From: Geosiphon pyriformis uo1
Taxonomy: Eukaryota; Fungi; Glomeromycota
NCBI GenBank assembly: GCA_016748015.1
Contig: JAAOMT010000718.1
Coordinates: 248,001 to 312,000 of the forward strand
DNA: 64,000 nucleotides
Direction of reading: 5' to 3'
Shown one piece after another: positions 28,752-42,000 of this stretch; position 1 is the stretch's first letter, and every line of letters starts with the position of its first letter. The position numbers were made by a program, and so were the translations under genes. Under the pieces are notes generated by a model that saw nothing but the letters and a program-made list of their open reading frames with translations, had not been told where the DNA came from and ran no database searches.

Positions 28752-31300
28752 TATTATTATTATTATTATTATTAAATGCTTACATGTGACCAGCCACTCG
28801 AGCCGGCCAAGGCTACACTACTGCGCAAACCAAAACCAACTGCAAAAGCTTCAACAATGCCGAGCATGTGAACCATTCCATTAGACATACTATTAGATAA
28901 ATCATGTAAATTATAGAGAGCAAATATATTATTGCCAATTAAACCACTTTTCTTTATTGCAGATCTATATTTAGATCTATATAACTACATTTTTTTTCTA
29001 TAATTTATTATTAATTCTCATGTAAAAGAGACCAAAGTAAACAGACCAGTTTAATATTTTTGAAGATTAATACCATCTCAGCAAACCAAATTTTAAAAAC
29101 AAAACTCTTACATAAAGCAATATATAAAACATTATCTAATATATAAGAAAAAAAAAATTATAGAACCAAAAATAACAAAAACAAAATACCAGTAAATAAA
29201 ATCCAAAACTTAGCCAAATCTGTTAACAACTTTATATAAATTGTTGTATCTAATTTGCATATAAAAACATAATCCAAAAACTATATTTTATTATAATAAA
29301 AACAAAAAATTCAAAAGTATTATTTATTATATAACTATTTTTAAATAACAATAAGTAAATATTTATAAACAACTTTATTCAAATAAGTACATAAACTAGT
29401 CATAAATTTACTAGTAAAATTTGATTATATATGAAAATTAAAATATTAAATCAAAAAATACAACACTAGTTTATATTTTTAATTATATTATTGATTATTA
29501 TATTAGTATTTAATCTAATTATCTATTAAACATAACATATTATTTAATATATATCACAAATAAAATAATAAGTATTATCTAAAATTGTTATTTTATTAGA
29601 TTAAAAAAACTTTTTACAAATTAAAACAAAAAAATACAAAAATAAATAAGTAGTCTTATTAATTAAATTATTAATAATTTTATTGTTAATAATATTAAAA
29701 TAATTTTTGATTTTATACTAAATAATTAAAATGGTTTTATTATAAATAGAATTAATAAATTTGCTTTTTTTTAATTCAATAACAATTATAAAAATTTGAC
29801 AATCTTAAATTAAATTTAAAAATACAAGTATTAAAAGTTATTTAACTATTAAAATAAACATTAATTATATTATTATAGTTAAAAATCATAGTTTTTATTA
29901 ACTATTACATATATTAATTACTAATATCATATAATTAACCACTCTATTTTTAAGAAATAATCAATAATCTAATTAATAATCTGATTATTAATCTAACTAT
30001 TAACTTAATTATTAATCTAATTAATAACTTAATTAATAACTTAATTGTTAACTTAATTACTAATTTGGTTATTAATTACTTTAAATAGATATATAAACAA
30101 TATGTTTTTTAGCTTTAAAAAAACATGTTTTAATTTACAAAAATATGTTTTAATATATAAAACATATACAAATCAAAATAATAATAATTTTTTTTAAATA
30201 TTTAATTTTTTCTAATTTGTTTATTTTTTTCAATTTTTTTTAAGTATCTAAATATTTTGTAATAAAAAATTATTTGTTGATATTTATTTGTAATTATTAA
30301 TATTGAAAATATTAAATAAATATTACTAAAAAATATAATTAATATTTAATATTGAATTTTAAAAGTACTAATATAAAACATAGAATTATACTAATATATT
30401 ATTTTTTGTTAATAATATAAATTATTATTTTATTTTTAAATATTCTTATTATTTTTTAAAAAAAATAACAGCTAAAATATTTATAAGACTAATTTTGCAC
30501 ATTAAATTTATACTAATTTAATTTGTTCTTTAAAGTTGAATTTTCTTTTGATTGTTTTTATTATTATATAATTTTGTTTTATTTTGTTATTTATTAACTT
30601 GTTATTCTAATTTATAACAATATTAAATAATAATATATATTGAAAAACCAAAAAAATAGCTTGTAATTTAATTAATATAGATAAATCTAAGCTAAAAACA
30701 TAAATACTAATATTTAAATTCAAATTCTTAAAAATACTATAATATTATTAACTATTTTACAAAAACCCAAACTTTTTAATGAATTATTCATGCAAATACT
30801 AATAATAAATAAATTTGTTTTTATTAAATACTTTTTAATTACAAAAAAAACTACACAAATTATGTATATTTTAATTATTTTAATCATAATTAACAAATAA
30901 AACAGTTATATTTAAACTTTTATTTTAAAAAAATTTAATAATAATATTAAATTATTAAGACATAAACTCTTTAAAATTTAGTTTTTTCTAGTAATAAAAA
31001 GTTTTTTAATTGAAAATTAGTTTATGTTTATTAATTAAATATTTACTAAAAGTCACACCAAAATTTTTTAAAGAATTAATTATTACATAATATAATAATA
31101 TATATTAAAATATTAAATATAAAAAAGCTACCAATGAAATAAAAAGCCATAAGTAAAAAATTTACTAAAATAACATTATAATTTAATAGAATTTTAACTA
31201 TATTAACCAAAAAATTATTAATTAAACTAATTTTTAACTTAATAAAAAATTGCAACAAATTTTTAGAAACTTAATTTGCAATTTACAAATTCAAAAATTA
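28752..31300 (-). mobile_element. Degenerate LINE with (TAA)n tail, interrupted by a solo LTR; 5' boundary uncertain
   Basis: (ATT)n 28752-28775, reverse 3' UTR motif 28781-28820, residual similarity to 63500-63900 (e.g. AAAACTCTTACATAAAGC), increasingly AT-rich inward. Confidence 0.6.
29871..30619 (+). mobile_element. Hypermutated solo LTR of the Gypsy-C family with ATAT TSD
   Basis: Collinear with the reverse complement of LTR 43284-43986 (TATTATAGTTAAAAATCATA ~ TGTTACGGTTGAAACCCATA, decayed 12-mer array, end TTTATAACA). ATAT at 29867-29870 and 30620-30623. Confidence 0.82.
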
Positions 31301-32639
31301 GTGCTTAAAAAACAAATTAATAATATTAAAAATATTAAAAAAAATTAGCAATAATACAATTTTATTTTCAGCTTAAATTTGTTTAAAAAGTTTTAAATTA
31401 TACAAAAAAAATAATATAAAGTTTTATTTAAAAAGTTTCTTAAAAAATTAGCTTTAATTTTTAAGTTTTTACAAATTATTATATTTTATTTTAATACATA
31501 TTTTTAAAAATAAAACTAAATAACAATTAATTACAATACAACAGAAATTAAATACAAAAATTATTTATTTAAAATAGTTTTTTAAAATTATATTGGCAAA
31601 AATTTAATATTAAAATAAGCTTTAGTTAAGTTAAACTTAAAAAACTATTTATTGGCAAAAAAATACCCAAACATCTGTATAACTTTTTTTTTAACAATTA
31701 TAATTAATAATTTACTAATAAATAACGATGTATTAATAATTTATTAATTAATAAAAATATTTTTAATTTTAAAAAATTTACTTATAATATTAAGAACATA
31801 CTGTATTATAAATTAATTATTGCTAATTTATATAGTTTTATTAATAAAAATACTGATAATTAAAAAATATAAAATTTGTTTAACTTTTTACATAACTTAT
31901 TTTGGTTACAAATTTAATATTAATACAATATTTATAAAATTATTTATATTTTTAATCTTATATAATAAAAATTTATAAAAAATTTATTATAGTAAAAAAG
32001 AAAAAATCTTATTTTAATTTAAATTATTATGTAATTTATAGTTATTTATAAATTTAAAATCTATTATAATATAATTAATTTTATTATTATAGATATTACC
32101 AAAAAACTTAATAAATTTATTATATATTTTAATTTTTTGTAAACTGTTTATTAAGTAAGATCAATTAATCAAATTATATACTTTGTACATATTGTTATAA
32201 GTAAATTTAATAATATATAGTCATAATATTTGGTATTTGTAATTAGATAATAAAAGCTGATTAGATGTAAATAAATTGTTTAATTAATTATATTAATTAT
32301 TAATCTCTAAAAAATTTTTGGTCTAAAGTTATATTTATTGAATTTTTTAATTATAAGACACAAAAATAATATTTCTATAGTTATAATATTATAATTGTAT
32401 TTCTTTTTAAGCTAATTAAGTACAGTTATTAAAGTTAGTAATATTTTTTTGCTTTTTTAATAAGCTAATAAAATAAAGTTAATATTTAAATTTAAAGTGG
32501 GCTTTTTTCTTTTATTAAACTATTACAAAGTCTATTTTCAGTCGATTTTTAATGTTATTGCTTTACAAAAAAATAAAAAAATAAAAATAAAAATAAAAAT
32601 AAAAAAATAAAAATAAAAAAATAAAAAAAACTTAATATT

Positions 32640-35175
32640 TTATTAATTATTATAATTAAAAATAATTGATCTAAGTTGTTAAAATTCCAAAAGCAGTTAT
32701 ATTAATTACATCTGGCTTAAACAAAAATAAACAAACAATTAATTAAGTTTTATTAATTAAAATGTTTTAAGATTATAGACTTATAAATAAAATAATAATA
32801 TTTTATTTAGTAAATTTAAAATATGATAGTTAAAAAAGTTTTCTTAAACTAAAAATAGAATAAAAATATTTAATAAATTTTTGTATTTTTTTTTCTATTT
32901 ACTAAAACTAATTATTTTTATATATATTTTCTAGTTTTATAAAATTACTTTTAATTACATATTATTACTAACTATTACTTATTATTTTAGTTATTGCTTT
33001 ATTTGTTTATATTATAATTAGTTATTTTTAGCTATTATTAATAATTTTGTACTTTCTTATATTATTTTGTATTAATTTATGTTATTTCATATTATTTTAT
33101 ATTATTTTATATTATTTTGTATTCTTATATAATGATCATGATTTTTTAATTATTTAGATTGTTTTTTTACTTGGATAATATTATTTTTTTTTTAAAAAAT
33201 TGAGCTTCTGCAAAATCATATTTATCTTCAAAAATTTTTTCCATATAATATTTTAATGCTGTGTTAAATATTGTTTTTTTTAATATTATAAATTAAAAAT
33301 TTGTTATCTGTTTAATATTGTTTATTATAATTATATTTAATATATTGTCTAATAATATGATTAAACTGTATTTAAATATTAAATATAGTTAATATATTGT
33401 TTTGTAATATAATATTAAATTGTTTTTTTTTAACAAATTTTTCTGTTGAATATTTATTTGTTGTTATTTATGTATAATGTTTATAGTTTTAGTTTTTTTT
33501 TTAATTTTAAAAAACTAGTATGTTAGTAGAAACTTTTTTTTATTTTATGAAGATTTTTAATATATATTTTTTAATAATTGGTTTTATAATTAAGTTGTTT
33601 AAAGCTTTTTTGATTTTTTTTATTGTTTTAGTATTTTTTTTTTTTATATAAAACTAGGAATATTTAGTTTTAATTAAATTTTTGTCTTCTTTTTCTTTGT
33701 TTGTATTTCTGTATTATATTTTTTTTATTAATTGTAACTTTATTGGTATTATAAATTATTAAATTGTTTTAAATAGTTGTAAAAGTTTTAGAACATTATC
33801 TAAAAAATTTATACTTAAATTGTTTTTTTTTGCTTTTTTTTTAATTTTTTGGTGTTTATATATCTAATTTACATAATTCAAATTTTTTGTTTATAAATTA
33901 TGTTTAATTATAATGATTGGTTCTAAATTTTATAAAATATTTTCGAATTTAATTAATAAAATTTGTGTTTTTAGTTAAAATATAATTGATAATGATTTTT
34001 GTATTATATAATAAAGTTTTAAATAATTTCTATGAGTGGTTTTTTTTTTAAATTTTGTTTTTTAATTGTAATTTGTATGTTTTATTTTCAACAATTTTGT
34101 GTATATAATATAGTCTGTTCTATTTTAAATCAAATTTTTTATTTTATTGCTTTTTTGCTTTGATACAATATAATAATACTTTGTTTTTAATTTTCAATTT
34201 AATTAATTAGTTAAATAACTAATTATTATGATTTTTTATTTGTTATTTTTGTAAATTACTAATATTGTTAACTGCTGTTTTTTATTTGTTTTTCAGTATT
34301 TTTATGAGCTAATATTTTCTTTGATGTAAGATAACTTTAAAGTTTTCTTTAATAATTGTTTTTGTTAAAAAAAAAAGTATTTCTAATTTAATAAACAATA
34401 TGGTTTTTTTTATATATTAATTCAAATAATATAAATTGAATAATATTTTGCTTTAATATTCAGTATATAACTAATACTAAAAATATAAATAAATCCTATT
34501 CTTGTGTATTTTTGTAACTTATTTTTGCTAAAGCTTTACACAATGTTTAATTAAATTGTTTTATTAATTCATTTATTTACAAATAATATAAAAATAATAA
34601 AAGTTATTTGATTTTAAATTATTAACTTAGTTTTGCCAAAGTGGTATTGACAAAATAAGTTTTTTGATCAAATAATAATTTTTTTGAATATTTATATTAA
34701 CAAATTAAATTTTGGTATATAAATTTAACTATTGTTTGAGTGTTTGTAACTTGAATAGCTTAAACTTTTGGCTATTTGATAAAATAGTTTATGATGACAA
34801 CAATATATTGATTTTTTTTAAAGTAATTAATAAAAATCTAACCAAATTAATCTTAATTCTATTAAATATATTTTTGATTAAAATAAGTTAAAATAATTCT
34901 ATTATTTTGGCTTTTTTTTTCTTTGATAGAAGTTATAATCAAAAACATATTTAAATATATCTTTATATATTGTGGACTAATAATATAAATTAATTGTTTT
35001 TTCTAATATTATGTTTTTATTAAAGTATTTAGTAATTGAATTTAAATACATATTGAACAAAACAGTTTTTTTTTGTGTCTTTTATTATTTATTGTAATGT
35101 GTTATGGTTTTGGTATTCTTATTAGTATAAATATTTATTGTAAATAAAATAATTTCTGGTTTGTTTTTATATGTT
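32640..35175 (-). mobile_element. Heavily decayed Gypsy element D (3' LTR, PPT, 3' ORF, integrase relic)
   Basis: Integrase-like relic ~34200-35170 resembles 55300-56150. Pre-PPT motif GATTTTGCAGAAGCTCAA (33200-33217 minus), LTR edge ~33180. Left boundary approximate. Confidence 0.55.
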
Positions 35176-35509
35176 ATTTTTTTTTTATTTGCTTTACAAG
35201 TGAGGTCTAAACACTATCTAGTGCTATACATCAAAGAATTGATCTAAACTAGGTGTAAATCATGTATTTTCTATATGTGACCAGCCACTCAGGCCAATCA
35301 GAACAACACTAAACAGCTATATGAACCAAAACTGAGTTACTTACACCTGAAAAAAACAAACAAGATTTGTGAAAACCAAAACGAACACCAAAAGCATCAG
35401 CAATGCCAAGCAATTTGATTACTCTAGCTGACAACTCAGAGGCCAAACCAGAAACCGAGATGGAAATCAAACTGTCAAGGAAAATCAACCCATATTTCTC
35501 CATATACAC
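35176..35509 (-). mobile_element. 3' part of LINE split by Gypsy A (continues at 63468)
   Basis: Poly-T (A tail on minus) ~35176-35190, UTR stem-loop 35278-35300, ORF tail YMEKYGLI...FFSGVSNSVLVHIAV*. Confidence 0.85.
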
Positions 35510-36342
35510 TGTTACAGGTAACTATTTCTGGTGTTGGATTAAATAACAAACCTGTAACTTAGTGCTCAAATCTAGTTACAGTTAATAGTGATCTGAAGGT
35601 TTGTGTCTGAAAGATTTGTATCCAAAGGGTTTGGTTGAGTTCTTTGTATAATGGACAGAGATTCAATGGTAATAGTTTTATCTGTAGCTTCCTGAAACCG
35701 CAGTTTTATCAATTTTTTTCTTAGCTTGATGGCTGGTATTTCTCCTGGTAAGCTATCCTCAATTGAGTGTTTTACTCTTATTTCCGAGTCTTTTACCAGT
35801 CACGTTTATCCTAATGTCAGTACTCTGTGCATTAATCCTCAATAGAGTTAGTAAACAACAATAAAATCAAGGCAAAAAATAAAGAAAAGAAAAGAAAATA
35901 AAAAAAGAAAAGAAATAAGCCAAGGCAATTTGCAAGTTAGTATTCTATCAATAGCCATGATTAAGAGCTATTGTTCCAGTGTGATTAAGTATCAATTACT
36001 ATCAACATAAAGTGTTGATAGTGGCAGCAGGTTTAAGATAACAAACAGTTATTTATTTGTGGTTTGGAAAGTTGTTTAGATGAAATCTAAACTGAGAGGT
36101 CTGTCTTTTCAGCTTCTAATCCTACTGCTATATATACATAATTGAGATTCCCCAATTCCTCAATTCTTCACAACAGGAATCCTGGGATTCTTGGAATTTT
36201 GCAATTCCTTTGAGAGAATCCTGTAATTTCTGGAATCCTGCAATTCCTAAGAGGAATCCTGGAATTCCACATTTTACTATGTCTACTTCTGATTGGCTAA
36301 TAACTATGCTAATATATATTCCCTATATTTCTATGAGTAATA
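35510..36342 (-). repeat. 3' LTR of Gypsy A
   Basis: Collinear with 62635-63467, same length. Confidence 0.92.
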
Positions 36343-36650
36343 TTATTCCCTCCTTTTAATATTGAGCTCTGTCGAAATCTAACTCTGTTAATTCTCTTTC
36401 TTGAAGTATTTCTTGAATTTTATTTTCGAGAATTACTTGTGTTATTTAAATCTGTAATTCTTCAAATTGAGCATTGGTGATCTTTCTTAATTGATTACTG
36501 ATAACCGTATCCATTGCTTTGTTGAGTAAAATTTCTGGTTGATCCTGAAATGCTGTGTGTATTTGGTATATGGCTCAAGCCTGTGTGGATAAGTTGTTCT
36601 TTTCCACAAAATATTCTAATTGTTGTAGTATTCTTGTGTTGAATAATTGC

Positions 36651-37538
36651 TGTTACTCATAGAATATAGAAAATATAGTATTATTAGTCAGTAGATATTA
36701 GCCAATCAGAGGTAAACATAGTAAATGTGGAATTCCAGAATTCCTCTCAAAGGAATTGCAGAATTCCAGGAATTTCAAGATTCCCCAACGAGAAATTGCA
36801 GGATTCCAGAATTGCAGGATTCCTCTCATTAGGAATTGCAAGATTCCAGGAATCTCAGAATTCCTGTCACAAAGAATTGAGGAATTGAGGAATCTCAATT
36901 ATGTATATATAGCAGTAGTATTAGAAGCTAAAAAGACAGACCTCTCAGTTTAGATTTAATTTAAGCAACATTCCAGTTCCCAATCATCAAATAAATAATT
37001 ATTCTATATCTCAACACACTCTCTACTATCAACACTTCATGTTAATAGTAATTGATACTTAACCATACTGGAACAATAGCTCTTGATTACGGCTATTAAC
37101 GAGATACTAACAAATTTGCCTTGGCTTATTTTCTCTATTTTCTTTATTTTTATTTTCTTTATTTTATTTTCTTTCTTTCTTTGATTTTGTTGTTGTATAC
37201 TAATTGATTAAAAGATTAAGCACTGAGTTATTGACATCAAAGATAGTCTGGTAAAAGACCCAGAAATAAGGGTAGGATTTTATATATTATTGGATAGCTT
37301 ACCAGAAAGGCACAACTGCCAGACTAAATCTGGCCACCACGCTAAGAAAGAAATTGAGAAAACTCTTGGAAAGATACATCTATTATTGACACTATTGAAT
37401 CTCTGTCTATTATACAAAAAACTCCATCCAAAACTTTTAGATACAACACTTATAAAACATCATCAATAGAAGTAGCTTTTGAGCACCAAGTTATGAGTTT
37501 GTTATTTAATTCAACAGCAGAAATAATCACCTGTAACA
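36651..37538 (+). mobile_element. Solo LTR (A/B family) inserted in the 3' ORF of Gypsy A
   Basis: TGTTACTCAT...CCTGTAACA with flanks TTGC / TCGC (4-bp TSD, one C>T). No PBS follows. Confidence 0.88.
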
Positions 37539-39094
37539 TCGCTTTGTTTTATCTGTATATAGATTCTGGATATTCACATGTTGTCCCAAGTAAAAATAAC
37601 AATAATTTCTTGGAAATTGTTGTATCCACCAATTCCAAGTTTCTTTAGTCAACTCTTGATATAGTAACTCTTTTGTCAACTCTTTTATTGCTAATTTTAC
37701 TTTCACAATGATTTTGTCAACAGTATTTTCTGTTTTCTTCTATGTTCTATATGGTGATGTCTTTCTAGTGTCTTGATATCGGATGGTTTGTTGATTAATT
37801 GTAATTTCCATCTCTTGGTGTTGAATCAATTGAAAGAGTTGTTGTGCTAATGAGTGGATGTTGTCTGTAATTTCCATTTTTCTGATATTTTTTGTTGTGT
37901 CTATTATGTCTTTATATATTCTTTTGATGGATTAATTTAACGTGTTGTTGTCAATGATAATAATTGGTTCCAGATCTCATAGAATCTCCTCTGGTTGGAC
38001 TAGTATCTTTTGTACTCTTAATTATGGAATATTACTGATGGATGGTGGTGTAATGTTGTGATATGGTTTTAGTCAATTTCCATGTGCTGCTTTGGTTAAA
38101 ATTTTGTTATCTAGTCTTAACTTGTAAGCTCTATTCCCTAGAATTTCTTCTATATGAAATGGTCCATCTTATTTGGGGTCGAATTTTCCACTCTATTGTT
38201 TTTCTGCTGTTACTCATAGAATAGAGAAAGTATATTATTATTAGCAAGTAGAGATTAGCCAATCAAAAGTAGACATAGTAAATGTGGAATTTCAGGATTC
38301 TTCTTAGAGAAATTACAGAATTCCAGGAATTTCAGAATTCTCCAGTGAGAAATCGCAGGATTCCAGGAATTCCAGGATTCCTGTTACAAGGAATTGAAGA
38401 ATTGAGAAATCTCAAATATGTATATATAGCAGTAATATTAGAAGCAGAAAAGACAGAATTGACACCAAGAATCCTTAGCTTAGTTACCACAATTCTCAAA
38501 TAAATAATTATTCACTATCTCAAATCCATTCTTTACTATTAACACTTCATGTTGATAATAACTGATACTTAACCATACTGGAACAATAGCTCTTGATCAC
38601 AGCTATTAATAGAATACTAACTTGCAAACCACCTTGGCTTATTTTTTATTTTCTCTTTATCTTTTCTTTATTTCTTTGTTGTCTACTAACTTGATTAAAG
38701 AACTTACTCTTGGAGGACTTACAGAGAAATAAAACTTACTTAAACAATATTTACTCTTGAAGGACTTACGAAGAAATAAACTTGCTTAAACAATATTTAC
38801 TCTTAGAAGACTTATGGAGAAACTGATGTCAGAAAACAGCACTGGTATACACTTATGGAGAATATCGTATCAGGAGAATCATCAACCATCAAGCTGAGCA
38901 AGCAATCGACAAAACTATGGTTTCAAAAAACTACTGATAAACTGTTACCCTTGAATTTCTGTCCATTATACAAAGAACTCAATTGGAAAACCTTCAGATA
39001 AAATATCTTCAGATTATTATCATCACTAATTGCTTTGCGCACTAAGTTACGAGTTTGTTATTCACTTGACACTCCAAAGAATCACTTGTAACAT

Positions 39095-42000
39095 TTGGTG
39101 CTCCCTGTGAGGTATAATTCTACAGAGAACCAACACCAACAACACCATCTAAACGTGGCAGAATCAGAAATTATAGGAGCCAACCACTTAGGATTTGCAA
39201 AATCCTTGTTTCAACAATACAGTCAACAATTAGGATTAAACAGTAATCACTACCCAGCCAAATCAGCCTTCAACTATTACGTCAACAATAAAATCACAGA
39301 CTGTTTAGGAGGAACTGTTAATATCGAGTCAGCAAGAGAAAATTTCTATACAGAATTATTTCAACACACCAACTTACCAAGAAATCACAGTTTTGCCCCA
39401 ATCATCAAGGAAATCAATCAAACCATTGAAAGATACACACAACAACAATTTCCCATTACCTATGCAGACAAAAGTAAAGGAAAAATACAAACACCAGCAG
39501 CAACACCAAAAAAAATACAGTTATCTAGTTGGAAAAAACACAGAGTAGAATCACCAACCACTCCATCACATCACTACATACCTGAAAGCACCATCAATAT
39601 TTTATCAGCAGACACGTCCACATCAATTGTGACATTAACATTTGGAAGATTTCAGTTCCAAAGCAAACAACGGAAAGAAGACTTACTAGGACCATACAGC
39701 ATGTATTTTGAAAGATTTAAATTACGATCTTCAACACCATCAGGAATTCAATCACCAATACCCCAACCAGATTTCAGAGCTGCTACTCCATGGGAATTAT
39801 CAGAAGAAGAAAAGGAAGGAAGTAAAGATCAAGGATTCACTTACCAAAACCCGATCTCAAAAAACTCGGAATTTGGAACCCTGAATGTTCAGACTTAGCA
39901 AAATTAAAACAATCAGAACCCTAATTTAATTAATTAGCCAAACATACCTCCAAATATCATCATCGATTACCCACCAATTGATCCGATAGTCAAACCCATT
40001 CAGCAGCCATCTCAACAACCAAATCTGCAAATCCAACAGCCATAAGGACCACCTCAGCAATTACCACGGCAACAACAACCACTACAGCAACCATAACAAC
40101 AACTAAACATAAACCAAATGACCTATGTACCCATCACCAAGTTAGAAAACTTTACTAGCAAAAAAGTCAACACTTAAGCATGAATCAATAATGTTTCCAA
40201 GGCCATCATAGTGAACAATTGAGACGATGCCAGAGCCCTACAGGTAATCCCATACTTTCTCAAAGAAACTGCCAATTCTTGGTATCAGAGTTTAGCTGTC
40301 AAATCACAAACATTCCAACAATTCAAAACTGTCTTTCTGGGATATTTTAGCAACAATAACAGTATTAATCATCTAGCCAATACTTTTACCACAATCAAAC
40401 AGAATAATACTGAAGCAGTCACAACATACTTAGGATGCTTTCATAGAGTTCTACACCAAATTCAAGCCATTGACGCTATGTATTTTACAGAACCCCAGAT
40501 CCTCAACCAGTTTATTTGTGACCTGCATAGTAGTATTTTGCAACACATATGCTCATTACATCCAGCCAACTTTCAAGCTGTAGTTATACACACTAGAGAT
40601 TTCGAATCAGCTGAGCTAAAAGCCAACCACGCTCAAGCTATAAATTTAGTAATGAATGGATTATCTGATTTGGATTCCAAATTGAAGCAAATCAGTGATA
40701 CCATTAATTAAAAAATTGAGGGATACTTAATTAACAACCATCAGTTCATTTATCAACCTCCCCAAAGATGTAGTAATCAGGGAAATGCCAATCATTTCCA
40801 AAATCAAGCATGTCTATTATCATCAATTAATCAACCATGGCAGCAGGAAACATGTGTCTGCCACAACTGTGGTAAACAAGGTTACATAAGAGCCAACTGC
40901 AATGCTTATAACCAATGATCAGAAAATCAACATCAAAATCCCGATCCCCAATTTCAAACCCAGAATCAATATTAAAATCAAAATCAATACCAAAACACTT
41001 ACCTGCCAATGATGCAGCAGCCAATTTATCAAGCACCAGTATATCAGACTCCAGTTTATTAACTGCAGCCACCAGCAATATATCAACCACAGCCATTTGT
41101 AATATATTAATTACAGCCACAAGTAATCTATCAACCTCAAACCATTCAAATACTACCCCAAAACTTATCTCAACACAGAACCCAAAGACTGAGAATGACA
41201 CAACAAAACTGGAAATCAGTGATAGTTGTCCACCAACTAATCCCCAGTTCTTTCAATGCACCATCAGGATCACATTCTCGGAATTCAGGTACTGGTGTTA
41301 CCCAAAACCCAAATTCTCAGAACTATTTAAGTCTTCTGGTTATCCCAAAAGACGCCACCATCAACAATTCGGGATTCAACCAACAACAAGCACTTACCAA
41401 CAACATTCCACCAGCAACTGTCACCAATGATGAATCGCTTGTGGCCATTTTTTCCTTTGACTTAGAAGAAATGATCAAAATTCTATTGTTCAGTGGAGCA
41501 GTTCTTGAAGAGAAGCCAATCACCATCATGTATACGGATGCCAAAATTAATGGCCACACCATCAAACTGATCTTAGATAGTAGATCAGCTGACAGCATCA
41601 TAACAAAACAACTCATGAATCAATTAGGTTACCAAGTTGACCGAATTGCTAATGCAAAAATTATTACAGTTAATGGAGTGACCAAAACTTCAATAGGCAA
41701 AATAGACAACCTACCTATCATAATTAATGGCATCACAGTACCCATCAAAGTCCTTGTAATGGAAGCCACTTAGTACCAAGCTCTTGTTGGAAATAATTGG
41801 CTATCCAAAACAAATGCCGTACTTGATTGGACAATGCAAGAGCTCTAACTGAGCCAAAATGGTCAACATACTCAGGCACCAGCAGTATGTAGCCACTTTA
41901 AACCAACCAACTCGCAGCCACTAATCAAATTTGAGGAGGAAGCAAAGAAACCAACATGGGAAGCATATCAGGTTTTGTGGGCTGACATCAACCACAATAA

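Noticed and set aside
35504-35509. Apparent 6-bp TSD ATACAC/ATGCAC for Gypsy A
   Set aside because: A 6-bp overlap frameshifts the LINE ORF, while 4 bp restores CAYMEK and matches the other TSD lengths.
38701-38823. Tandem repeats resembling a CRISPR array
   Set aside because: No unique spacers, located inside LTRs, eukaryotic context, no cas genes.
40915-41430. Ser/Thr-rich overlapping ORF in gag (also 60546-60779)
   Set aside because: Most simply the alternate frame of Q/P-rich gag codons, which C>T changes do not convert to stops. No independent support.
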